From Spirochaetota bacterium (lineage in GTDB: Bacteria > Spirochaetota > UBA4802 > UBA5550), in contig CAXXHB010000003.1 of NCBI GenBank assembly GCA_963664815.2, positions 3,680,001 to 3,744,000 of the forward strand: 64,000 bases of DNA. Direction: 5' to 3'. The position numbers were made by a program, and so were the translations under genes. The notes beneath the pieces are model-generated. The model was not told the origin of the DNA and ran no database searches. It worked only from the letters and a program-made list of their open reading frames with translations. Position 1 is the first letter of the stretch; each line of letters begins with the position of its first letter. Of this stretch, positions 17,653 to 27,203 are shown in pieces.

Positions 17653-19326
17653 TCAAGTTAATGACCACCGAGTATTTCTTGTATTACCTTTTTTTTGAAT
17701 GAATTTTATCTGTGAAAGGAAACTACTTAAACTAGATTTGTTTGAAAATGTTAATATGTCTGATAGTTCATCACTTGAAGCTATATTATATTTTTTTAAA
17801 TATGTATATAGCGAAACATATTTACTTGAGTTTGGTGCGATTTTAGGCTTTTTTGAAATTTTAAAATAATCAAGAAATTCATTACTTACAGAAATAAAAA
17901 TGTCATTCTTATCACCATGTATTACGAAATAATGCTTTAAAATACCTTCTTCTATTGAAGATTTTATGTCTTCCCATGGATTTAACGAAATTTTCATCAT
18001 TTCTTTTTCCAGGTCTTTACATGAAATAGTACCTTTAAGTGAGACTTTATTTAATATGAATAATTCACTCAATTTAAACTTATCAATATTATTTGTTGTT
18101 ATTACAAAGATTTGTGGGATACAATATTCAGTAACCATTGAGACTTCTATTGAATCATTATTTTCACAAAAAATCGGAAAACTTCGTCCATAGATCAATG
18201 ATCCAATTCCCATTCTTAAAACACCCATTCCTGCTCTATCAACAAGATTAAAGAGCATTAAACATTTTGCTAATTCTTTATTTCTATGACGTGGATCATG
18301 AAATGCAATATTAGATTCATTTACACCACCATAAAAATTCCCTGGATTTGTTATTTTTATACCATTTGATGTGAAAATAATTGATATTAATCCATTGATT
18401 GAATAATCTCGATGAACAATAGCATTTAATAATGCTTCATGAAAAGCTTTTTCATCTAACGCAGGGCAATTATATTTATTGTCATTGAATTCTATTTGTA
18501 ATATTTTATTATATTCGCTAAATTTATTTTTAATAATTTTTATTGAATTCCAAATATTATCGCTCCAAATATAGTTTTGAAGTAACTCACCTTGATTGGA
18601 TTTATAACTAAAACGAAATTCATAATCACCTAGGTGTTGTTTTATTTGATCTTTATGGCCGAACATCAACACTGCTGTTTTTGTAACAACACCATTTTTC
18701 GTTGCATTAATTGCTTCCAAAAAGTCAATATTACTAATATCCGTATTAAGATTTCTTCTAAATATAAAATCTTTTTTTGCTTCAATTAATGTTTCCTGAT
18801 TTAATTCTTCAATTTTTATATGATCAATCTCATCAGCACTCCAATCATATGTCTGAAGATTCTTTACAGCAGATTCTATTTCGTATGGCTCCATAGGTCT
18901 GCTGCTTTTACCATCTCTAATGTATACTTTACCACTTGTAGTTGTTACTAGTACGTGGTTTATTTTAGGAACATCAATAACCACATAACGGATAAGTTTA
19001 TGAAAATGATAATAAATTTTAAAATCAATTTTCGGCTTTATTCTTCCTCTTAATCTTTCGGATGTAACGTCAAAATCAATTTCTTGAAATCCATTTAATT
19101 GCTTTTCTATTAAAGCTAAATCATTTTTATCGTTATCGATTACTCCAATGATTATTTTACCACCAAATTTATTAGCAAGAGCTACAAATTCGTTTGCTAA
19201 TTCCTTGTCATTATTCAAGGCATTAATATCTTTATAATTTTTGAATTCAATAGTTTCCGATTCAACAGATTGACTTGGTTCTTTTTCAAGTTTTAAAAAT
19301 ATTTGATCAATTGTTTTTATACTCAT
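17653..19326 (-). CDS. Schlafen/AlbA_2 + HATPase_c_4 + winged-HTH protein (RecG-C-like), first cassette
   Basis: ESETIEFK, VALAN..GG.IIIGV.D, EALLNAIVHRDY, ITNPG, RN..LA and DRAGMG motifs; start at MSIKT after a gagga RBS. Confidence 0.85.
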   Translation of the reverse strand: MSIKTIDQIFLKLEKEPSQSVESETIEFKNYKDINALNNDKELANEFVALANKFGGKIIIGVIDNDKNDLALIEKQLNGFQEIDFDVTSERLRGRIKPKIDFKIYYHFHKLIRYVVIDVPKINHVLVTTTSGKVYIRDGKSSRPMEPYEIESAVKNLQTYDWSADEIDHIKIEELNQETLIEAKKDFIFRRNLNTDISNIDFLEAINATKNGVVTKTAVLMFGHKDQIKQHLGDYEFRFSYKSNQGELLQNYIWSDNIWNSIKIIKNKFSEYNKILQIEFNDNKYNCPALDEKAFHEALLNAIVHRDYSINGLISIIFTSNGIKITNPGNFYGGVNESNIAFHDPRHRNKELAKCLMLFNLVDRAGMGVLRMGIGSLIYGRSFPIFCENNDSIEVSMVTEYCIPQIFVITTNNIDKFKLSELFILNKVSLKGTISCKDLEKEMMKISLNPWEDIKSSIEEGILKHYFVIHGDKNDIFISVSNEFLDYFKISKKPKIAPNSSKYVSLYTYLKKYNIASSDELSDILTFSNKSSLSSFLSQIKFIQKKGNTRNTRWSLT

Positions 19327-19335
19327 AATATCCTC

Positions 19336-19420
19336 AATTATCAATTGCGCACAACTTGTACTATCCGAATAATCTTTCGCATAACACAGGAAAAATCCGG
19401 AAAAATGCGAAAGAAGTTAC
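19336..19420 (-). other. First core site of the array (GTTGTGC) and candidate attI-like primary site
   Basis: aattatcaattgcgcacaac (19336-19355) is a 19/20 inverted match to 17628-17647; no attC hairpin beyond it. Confidence 0.45.
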
Positions 19421-20114
19421 GTACAGTAACCCCTATATCTCCAGTGGACTCTTAATATTCCCGGATTTCCCCGTACATACATGTGTATAAATCATAATTG
19501 TATCAGGACTTTACCGTCCTGATAGTTCCTGTATTCTTCGTTACTCTGTTCAGGCAGTTGTGTAGTAAATTTATCCCTTGATGAGTTATCTTTAACCGTT
19601 TTCCATTCCGTCATTTACAACATTCCGTTGAAACCAGTCCGCACAAATATCCCCCGTTGCTACTCCCCTTCTCCTGATCTTTTAATAAACGGTTTCCATG
19701 ATGATCCCTGCAGGATGGGGCTGTATGCATTTAATTTATTCACTCATTAAACAGCAGTTATTTCAATACTTTTTTTCAAATATTCAAATAAATATCCGGC
19801 TTGTTTCAAGATTGGCATTTGCAGCCCTCAGGAAACCTTGAGTGTGTTTTATTAAGGGGCTTCGCCCCTTATACCCTGTAAAAAAGTTGTCTCTTTTTTA
19901 TAAAGAACGTTAATTACTTTGTTGAATTGGCTGCTTTGCAATAAAAACATATGATGTGTTATATGCACAAATTGTGCCGAAAACTGCTGTACACTGCAGT
20001 GATTATACCCAATCTGTCGCCATGTATATGCCGTTTATCCGCCACGAATCCGCCATCTATCCGGCGAAGTAACATCAGAATTTTTTTGCTTTTTCAGTAA
20101 ATTTTTTAAATTCC

Positions 20115-20532
20115 CCGGTTTCTTAAACCACACCGCTCCCCGGGTGTTTCCAGTGAAACTGGAAATGTATCAAGGGGACCACTATAGGAAAACTGTTTTC
20201 TTAAAACTTATTAATATTATCAATATACCAGGATTAATTCATGGACAGCTCCTCCCGGTTTCTTAAACCACACCGCTCCCCGAGTGTTTCCAGTGAAACT
20301 GGAAATGTATTGAGGGGATCACTACAGGATTAAAAGTCCTGCAGGATTTCCTGCAGAGTGAACAGACATTGGTTCATGTGCTCTTTGTTGATCTCTTTGA
20401 TGCTGTCCGTAATGTAATATTATCGATATGCCAGTGTCAGCTCCGGAACCACCTTTTCCGGTTTCTTAAACCACACCGTTCCCCGAGTGTTTCCAGTAAA
20501 ACTGGAAATGTATCGAGGGGACCACTATAGGA
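20115..20532. repeat. Three direct copies of a 75-bp REP-like hairpin repeat (20115-20189, 20255-20329, 20458-20532)
   Basis: ccggtttcttaaaccacaccgctccccgagtgtttccagtgaaactggaaatgtatcgaggggaccactatagga consensus with an internal stem tttccagt/actggaaa. Confidence 0.85.
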
Positions 20533-20708
20533 TTAAGATCTCTGCAGGATTTTCTGCAGACAAGTGTATCGTACACGAACATACTTAAATCGTGCATCAT
20601 CTGGTTCAGATTCAAATTCACTGCAGATTTATGACAAAATCCCGACTCTGTTTACAGAGTATTCAGTTTCGCTTACATTTCGCTTCAATTACGCCTCAAA
20701 CACGCTAC

Positions 20709-21254
20709 TTACAGCTTTAAAAGCGCGTTTTTCTCTGTCGGTAACGGAGTTGAAACGGTATTGAAACGGTTTTTAACAGGGTCTGCATACTGCTTAAGTC
20801 CTGTTTTAACAGCTTCACCTCTGTCTTTTACTGCATTAATATTACTATGTCCATCTGCTGATCTGCTGTTTTCTGAACAGTAAAAGGTATATTCTGTAAT
20901 ATCACCAGAGGCAGATACACCCACTGCATCCCCTGTACCGCCGCTTCCCGATGGAGTAACAGGTGAACCTGGAGCAATGCCGCGAAGGTATTCCGACATA
21001 AAAAGATTATACCCTGACTTTTTCTTCCTCTTTGCCCTGTTTCTGTAGAGAGCTTTCTCCTCTTCCGGAAGAACCTGCCAGGCCTTTACGCCGCCGCCGA
21101 AATTACCCCTGCACTTCACCTGCGGTTCAGTACGCGGATTGGAGGGAATTGTGCGTGCTTTAATGTAGATTTTACCATAGCGTCTGTAAAACACAAGATC
21201 GCCCATACCTCCATGCGCAGTTCTTAAATAAGGATGAAGCTTTACTTTTGCCAT
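20709..21254 (-). CDS. Small basic hypothetical protein (DUF6266-like N-terminus, HMG-box-like motifs)
   Basis: G.MGDLVFY...GK.YIK...P.NPRTE.Q...R..F N-terminus; aggag RBS; C-terminal half is low-complexity. Confidence 0.6.
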   Translation of the reverse strand: MAKVKLHPYLRTAHGGMGDLVFYRRYGKIYIKARTIPSNPRTEPQVKCRGNFGGGVKAWQVLPEEEKALYRNRAKRKKKSGYNLFMSEYLRGIAPGSPVTPSGSGGTGDAVGVSASGDITEYTFYCSENSRSADGHSNINAVKDRGEAVKTGLKQYADPVKNRFNTVSTPLPTEKNALLKL

Positions 21255-21606
21255 AGATATACACTCCTTTATTGCTGTTATATTTTATCGTTATTTATAT
21301 AGAAACTTATGTCTCCTATAACCAGTGCGGAAAAACAAATGACATGGGGCAAGCATATTTTTAAAAATTTTATATGTTAATAAAACAGGTTTATCAAATT
21401 TGCATACTGCTTTGCCACCTCCGGGGGTGCGGGGGCTGATAAGTCCAGGTTGCTGAAGGTATACTATACCTGCGAACAGCCCCCATAAACCTTCAAATCC
21501 CCCCTGCATTTAATTAAAACAAATTTTTTATTGAAAATAACATGGCACTTCTGATGCTATGGTTAAGAAATAAAAAGTTTAAATTTTTCAGCAAGAGAAA
21601 ACCGCA

Positions 21607-23451
21607 ATGATAAAAGTAATTAACCTGAACAAATCCTTCGGAAAACAGGTGATTTTTGATGATATCAGCTTTAATGTAAACCCCGGTGAAAAGATCGGCT
21701 TAACAGGCAGAAACGGGCATGGGAAAACCACGCTTTTAAAAATGATCATCGGTGAGGAACATGCCGATTCCGGGGAGATAGTAATACCTAAAAGCTATAC
21801 CATAGGACATGTAACACAGCATATAAGCTTTAAAGAGAACAGTGTAATTGCCGAGGGCTGCCGGGGGCTGCCGGAGGACCATAAAGATGATAAATGGAAG
21901 GTTGAAAAGATACTTTCCGGCCTGGGGTTTTCTGCGGGGGATATGCTGCGCAATCCAGCAGAATTCTCAGGGGGTTATCAGGTTAGGCTCAACCTCACGA
22001 AGGTGCTGGTTTCGGAACCGGGAATGCTGCTTCTTGACGAGCCGACCAACTATCTCGACATCATCTCCATCAGGTGGCTTGAATCTTTCCTTAAGCAGTG
22101 GAGCGGCGAGCTTATTCTCATCACGCACGACAGGTCATTTATGGACAGCGTGACCACACACACAATAGGCATTCACAGGCAGAAGGTGCGAAAGATCGAG
22201 GGATCAACCGACAAGCTGTATGACCAGATTCTGAAAGAAGAGGAGATCTACGAAAAGACAAGGATCAATGACGAGAAGAAGAGGAAGGAGGTGGAGCTCT
22301 TTGTCTCCAGGTTCAGGGCCAAGGCGCGTCTGGCGGGGATGGTGCAGTCGAGGGTGAAAGCCCTTGAAAAGCAGCAGACTCTCGACAAGCTTGAAAAAAT
22401 AAAGGACCTTGAGTTTTCATTCAACTACAAACCGTTCAATGCAAAAATGCTGATGTCCGCCGAAGAGTTATCCTTCTCATACAACAGCGAAACACCAATA
22501 GTAAAAAATTTCGACCTCAATGTCCGGAGCGATGACAGAATATGCGTTATCGGAAAAAACGGACGCGGGAAAACCACACTGCTCCGCCTTCTTTCCGGCA
22601 ATCTTGCTCCTGACAGCGGAAAAGTAAGCATGCACACAAATACAAAGACCGGATACTTCGCCCAGACCAACGTAATCAATTTAAATAATAACCTTACGGT
22701 TGAAGAAGAGATAGGAAACTGCGGATGCGAAAAACAGGCTGCAAGGAATATCGCCGGCGCCATGATGTTTGAAGGGGACGACGCTCTTAAAAAAATCGGA
22801 GTACTCTCCGGCGGTGAGAAAAACAGGGTTCTTTTGGGGAAGATTCTTGCAACACCGGCAAACCTTATATTTCTCGACGAACCGACAAACCACCTTGACA
22901 TGGAATCATGTGACGCCCTTCTTGCGGCAATAGATGCATTTCCCGGCGCCGTGATTATGGTAACGCACAACGAGATGTTTCTTCATTCCCTTGCAAACAG
23001 GTTTATTGTTTTTCAGAGCAGCGGTATTATTCATTACGAGGGGACATACAGCGGGTTCCTTGAAAAGATAGGCTGGGATGAAGAGAAGAGTGATGAACGC
23101 AGCGCTGCTGACGAGACAAAAAAAGAGACATCATTCAATAAAAAAGATATAAGAAAACTCCGTTCCGACATAATAACAAAACGTTCAAAAGAGATTAAGC
23201 CCCTGGAGGATAAAATCACAAAAACCGAGAATTCAATATCTGAAAAAGAGAAGCTTCTTGAAAATAAAAACCGTGAAATAATTGAAGCATCGGGTACCGG
23301 CAAAAGCCGTGAAATAGAAACACTCTCAAAGGAGATACATATGCTTCAGAAAGAGATAGATTCTCTCTTCGGAGAATATGAAAAGCTGAGTGTAACTCTT
23401 GATGAGAGAAAAGATTTCTTTGAGTCAGAACTTAAGAAGCTTGAGGATTAA
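21607..23451 (+). CDS. ABC-F family ATP-binding protein
   Basis: Two ABC domains (GRNGHGKT/FSGG/LDEPTN; GKNGRGKT/LSGGE/LDEPTN), no TM segments, coiled-coil tail. Confidence 0.93.
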   Translation: MIKVINLNKSFGKQVIFDDISFNVNPGEKIGLTGRNGHGKTTLLKMIIGEEHADSGEIVIPKSYTIGHVTQHISFKENSVIAEGCRGLPEDHKDDKWKVEKILSGLGFSAGDMLRNPAEFSGGYQVRLNLTKVLVSEPGMLLLDEPTNYLDIISIRWLESFLKQWSGELILITHDRSFMDSVTTHTIGIHRQKVRKIEGSTDKLYDQILKEEEIYEKTRINDEKKRKEVELFVSRFRAKARLAGMVQSRVKALEKQQTLDKLEKIKDLEFSFNYKPFNAKMLMSAEELSFSYNSETPIVKNFDLNVRSDDRICVIGKNGRGKTTLLRLLSGNLAPDSGKVSMHTNTKTGYFAQTNVINLNNNLTVEEEIGNCGCEKQAARNIAGAMMFEGDDALKKIGVLSGGEKNRVLLGKILATPANLIFLDEPTNHLDMESCDALLAAIDAFPGAVIMVTHNEMFLHSLANRFIVFQSSGIIHYEGTYSGFLEKIGWDEEKSDERSAADETKKETSFNKKDIRKLRSDIITKRSKEIKPLEDKITKTENSISEKEKLLENKNREIIEASGTGKSREIETLSKEIHMLQKEIDSLFGEYEKLSVTLDERKDFFESELKKLED

Positions 23452-23553
23452 TTAAATGTTGACTTTAACAGCTATATGGATCTTCTGTTTGTGATTGATT
23501 TTTTCTGTTGAAATTCTGATAATACCGGTATTATAATATAACGAAAATATGCC

Positions 23554-25374
23554 ATGAAAATAATCTATTCTAAAGATGACTGGAAAGAGATAATCAAAGC
23601 CATGGGGCTTGTCTTCGGAGATATAGGGACAAGCCCTATATACACCCTTTCGGTAATTATACTCTTTATCAAGCCTACTGAAGCAAACATTACAGGAATT
23701 CTTTCACTCATCATATGGACTCTTATTGTACTTGTCAGCGTTGAGTATGCATGGCTTGCCATGCGGCTTGAAGACCACGGCGAGGGTGGCACAATCATAT
23801 TAAAAAAAATACTTGAAAAGAATATGAAGAAGGGGAGAAAAGCGGCTATAGTAACTATCCTCGCCTATGCAGGGGTCTCGCTTCTTATGGGTGACGGAGT
23901 TATTACACCTGCCATAAGTATACTTTCGGCAGTTGAAGGTCTCGCTCTCATCCCTGCTTTCAACAGCATACATCAGTCGCACATAATAATAATATCCATA
24001 ATAATAACAATAGGCCTCTTCTTCTTTCAGCCGAGGGGAACAGACCAGGTATCTGCCATCTTCGGCCCTGTAATGCTTGTCTGGTTTATAACACTGGCAG
24101 CGAGCGGAGCTGTTTCGCTGTTTCACTATCCTGCAGTTTTAAAGGCTGTTAATCCGATCCACTTTATAATCTTTTTTAAAAATAACGGATTTGCCGGTTT
24201 CCTCATTCTGTCAGAGGTAATACTCTGTGCCACAGGGGCGGAAGCGCTCTACGCCGATATGGGACATCTTGGTAAAAAACCTATAATCAGCGCGTGGCGT
24301 ATAATATTCTTCGCGCTTGTCCTTACGTATCTGGGGCAGGGTGCATTTATTTTAAGCCATGGCCCCGTAAAGAACGTGCTATTTTCAATGGTTCAGAGCG
24401 AATCAACATTATTATATATCCCTTTTCTCATAATAGCCATATTCGCAACAATTATAGCCTCCCAGGCTCTTATAAGCGGTGTTTTTTCAATCGTATACCA
24501 GGGTATAACAACCAGAATATTCCCGCGTGTAAAGGTTGATTTTACCTCCACAAAACTTAAATCACAGATTTATATCGGCGGAGTCAACTGGATTCTTATG
24601 GTTGCCGTTATTTTTATAATGCTCTTCTTCGAAAAATCTGAAAAGCTCGCTGCAGCTTACGGGCTCGCTGTAACAGGAACCATGTGTATAACCGCAATGA
24701 TGATGATAATGATATATTACATAAGGAAGGAGAGACTGAGCTACATCGCCGCATCTCTAATCTTTCTTGTAAACCTCTCATTCCTCATCGCCAATTTCAG
24801 CAAGTTTTCACATGGAGGATACTGGTCTATAATTCTCGCTTCCATACCCTTTACAATCATCATCATCTGGCGGAGAGGACATAAAAGGATGTACAAGCAG
24901 CTTATGCCTACAGATCTCGAGACATTCCTGGTCAGTTATGAGCAGATATATAAAAAGGGCAACACCATCCCCGGAACCTGTCTCTTCTTCGTCGGGAACT
25001 ATAATGTAATCTCCCCCTACATTACTCACTGTATAATAAGCGCGAACATAATTTATGAAACGAATATTTTCATCATAGTAAATATAACCGATGATCCTGT
25101 AGGCATTCAGACCCGTTTTATACACGATATAGGTACCGGGCTTCACGCCTTTGAAATACGTGCCGGCTACAAGGTTGAGATTGACATTACAAACGAGATC
25201 GCAAAAGCCGGGATACAACCGAAGGTAATTTTCTACGGCACAGAGGAGATCACTACAAAAAACATATTCTGGAAAATATATGCCCTTATAAAAAAGCTTA
25301 CACCGCATTTTGTCCAGTTCTACAGGCTGCCGGTGACAAAACTGCATGGAATCATTACACGGGTAGAGATGTAA
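23554..25374 (+). CDS. kup: KUP/HAK/KT potassium transporter
   Basis: GLVFGDIGTSPIY, GEGG, TPAISILSAVEG and EALYADMGH motifs. Confidence 0.95.
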   Translation: MKIIYSKDDWKEIIKAMGLVFGDIGTSPIYTLSVIILFIKPTEANITGILSLIIWTLIVLVSVEYAWLAMRLEDHGEGGTIILKKILEKNMKKGRKAAIVTILAYAGVSLLMGDGVITPAISILSAVEGLALIPAFNSIHQSHIIIISIIITIGLFFFQPRGTDQVSAIFGPVMLVWFITLAASGAVSLFHYPAVLKAVNPIHFIIFFKNNGFAGFLILSEVILCATGAEALYADMGHLGKKPIISAWRIIFFALVLTYLGQGAFILSHGPVKNVLFSMVQSESTLLYIPFLIIAIFATIIASQALISGVFSIVYQGITTRIFPRVKVDFTSTKLKSQIYIGGVNWILMVAVIFIMLFFEKSEKLAAAYGLAVTGTMCITAMMMIMIYYIRKERLSYIAASLIFLVNLSFLIANFSKFSHGGYWSIILASIPFTIIIIWRRGHKRMYKQLMPTDLETFLVSYEQIYKKGNTIPGTCLFFVGNYNVISPYITHCIISANIIYETNIFIIVNITDDPVGIQTRFIHDIGTGLHAFEIRAGYKVEIDITNEIAKAGIQPKVIFYGTEEITTKNIFWKIYALIKKLTPHFVQFYRLPVTKLHGIITRVEM

Positions 25375-25444
25375 AACTTATATCTTCATTATCGCCTTTG
25401 TCATGAAATCCGTACTTTACGGACTGCATGGATAACTATAATGA

Positions 25445-25687
25445 TCATGCCACAATCTTATACTTAATCCGACCCGTTAGACCGTATGATCCGCGTCTTT
25501 CCACGCCGTCATACATCCCGCCCGAGCCCCTGATAGGATTTATTCCAACCATTGCCCATCCTGCTGACCTCATAAACATCTTTATTCTGTCAGCTGAAAT
25601 CATCTGGTCGAGAAGAGCGGCATCAATAAGTCCCTCCTTGTTATCCTGAAAAACTACACGCATATTCATATCATACCTCCTTTTCAC
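25445..25687 (-). CDS. Small hypothetical protein (GSU3473-like)
   Basis: LDQMI....I..F.RS.GW..VG..PIRG....YDG.ERR pattern. Confidence 0.6.
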   Translation of the reverse strand: MKRRYDMNMRVVFQDNKEGLIDAALLDQMISADRIKMFMRSAGWAMVGINPIRGSGGMYDGVERRGSYGLTGRIKYKIVA

Positions 25688-25943
25688 CGTATGATATCAA
25701 CAGGAATATCCTGTACTGTACGTAATATATGTAACTATAAACTGCGGAGGAATCTAATTTTTTTCCATTATAATTATAAAAAATACCCTTAACCTCCGTG
25801 TATAATTATAGACAAAACAGGGCTCGAATCTACATTCATGCATAAAAAAAATTATCTGCCGCCGGCAACGGCGGGTGGTTAAATATTTTTATTTAAAAAA
25901 TATAAAAAATGATACTAAAAATACTATTTAACAGGGATGAAAG

Positions 25944-27056
25944 ATGAAACAGCTTTTTGAAAAAACAGATATCAACGGTCTGGAAATGAAAAACAGATTT
26001 ATACGCTCCGCCACGTGGGAAAGAATGGCTGACGATGAAGGGCACCTGACCGACAGGCTTATTAAAGTTTATGAAAATCTTGCAGATGGCGGCGCTGCCG
26101 CAATAATTACCGGATACGCATACGTTTTAAAGGATGAACAGCCGAACCCGAAGATGATGGGTATATATGACGATTCTTTTATTGAAGAGTATAAAAAACT
26201 GACTGATGCTGTTCATAAAAGAGGGAGCCGGATAATTCTCCAGATAGTTTACGGAGGTCCATTTTCATGGTTTAAAGCCTCAGAACGCGTCATATGGGGG
26301 CCATCGGCTGTCACCAATAAACTATCCGGCGTTACTCCGAAAGAGATGACCAAGGATGAAATAAAAATACTGGTTGAAGCCTTCGGAGACGCTGCACTCA
26401 GAGCGAAAAAAAGCGGTTTTGACGGCGTTGAGATTCATGGTGCGCACAGCTACCTGCTGAATATGTTTCTCACTCCGATGTTTAACACAAGGGGGGATGA
26501 ATACGGCGGAAACAGGGATAACAGGGCAAGAATAATATACGAGGTATATGACAATGTACGGGCTAAAACAGGGAAAGACTACCCGGTGCTTATAAAGCTT
26601 AACTGTTCCGACTTCAGCGGTGATAAAGGATTTACATTTAATGAATGTAAAACTCTGTGCAGTAACCTTGGAACTATGGGAATTGATGCTATAGAGATAA
26701 GCGGAGGGACTGTTTTCAAAGCCCCTAAACCTGAAAAAGATCCCTCAAACTTCAGCGCTGAAGCCATTGGAAAAGAATCGTACTTTGCAGAGTATGCGAA
26801 GGAGATTGCAGAAACAGTTAACGTTCCGGTAATCCTTGTCGGAGGGAACAGATCATTCGAAAAAATGGAGAATCTGCTGTCCGATTCGGGTATTGAATAC
26901 TTTTCACTATCAAGGCCGCTCTTAAGCGAACCGGATCTTATCAGCAGATGGATGACAGACAGAAGCGTTAAACCAAGATGCATCTCATGCGGGAAATGCT
27001 TTAACAATGACGGAAATCACTGTTCCCTTGATGATGAGAAGAAAGAGGCTATATAG
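25944..27056 (+). CDS. NADH:flavin oxidoreductase (old yellow enzyme family)
   Basis: NRFIRSATWE, GFDGVEIHGAHSYLL, YGG...NRAR and C-terminal CISCGKC motifs. Confidence 0.92.
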   Translation: MKQLFEKTDINGLEMKNRFIRSATWERMADDEGHLTDRLIKVYENLADGGAAAIITGYAYVLKDEQPNPKMMGIYDDSFIEEYKKLTDAVHKRGSRIILQIVYGGPFSWFKASERVIWGPSAVTNKLSGVTPKEMTKDEIKILVEAFGDAALRAKKSGFDGVEIHGAHSYLLNMFLTPMFNTRGDEYGGNRDNRARIIYEVYDNVRAKTGKDYPVLIKLNCSDFSGDKGFTFNECKTLCSNLGTMGIDAIEISGGTVFKAPKPEKDPSNFSAEAIGKESYFAEYAKEIAETVNVPVILVGGNRSFEKMENLLSDSGIEYFSLSRPLLSEPDLISRWMTDRSVKPRCISCGKCFNNDGNHCSLDDEKKEAI

Positions 27057-27203
27057 GCAAAATTTATTGCGGTTTACATAATCCGGGAATTACGGATCCT
27101 GTAAACCGCATCTGTTTTATTGTTCAACCTGCTGTAAAACAGGCAGAACCGGAGAGAATATGATTCCAGATGAAAATCACTATGCAGGTGCAGTTATTAA
27201 TGA

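Noticed and set aside
20115-20532. Possible CRISPR array
   Set aside because: The 75-bp repeats are too long, the spacers are irregular (65 and 128 bp) and partly shared, and there are no cas genes in the window
21543-21557. Sigma54-like TGGCAC-N5-ATGC motif before the ABC-F gene
   Set aside because: It overlaps an equally plausible sigma70-like spacing and has no linked activator
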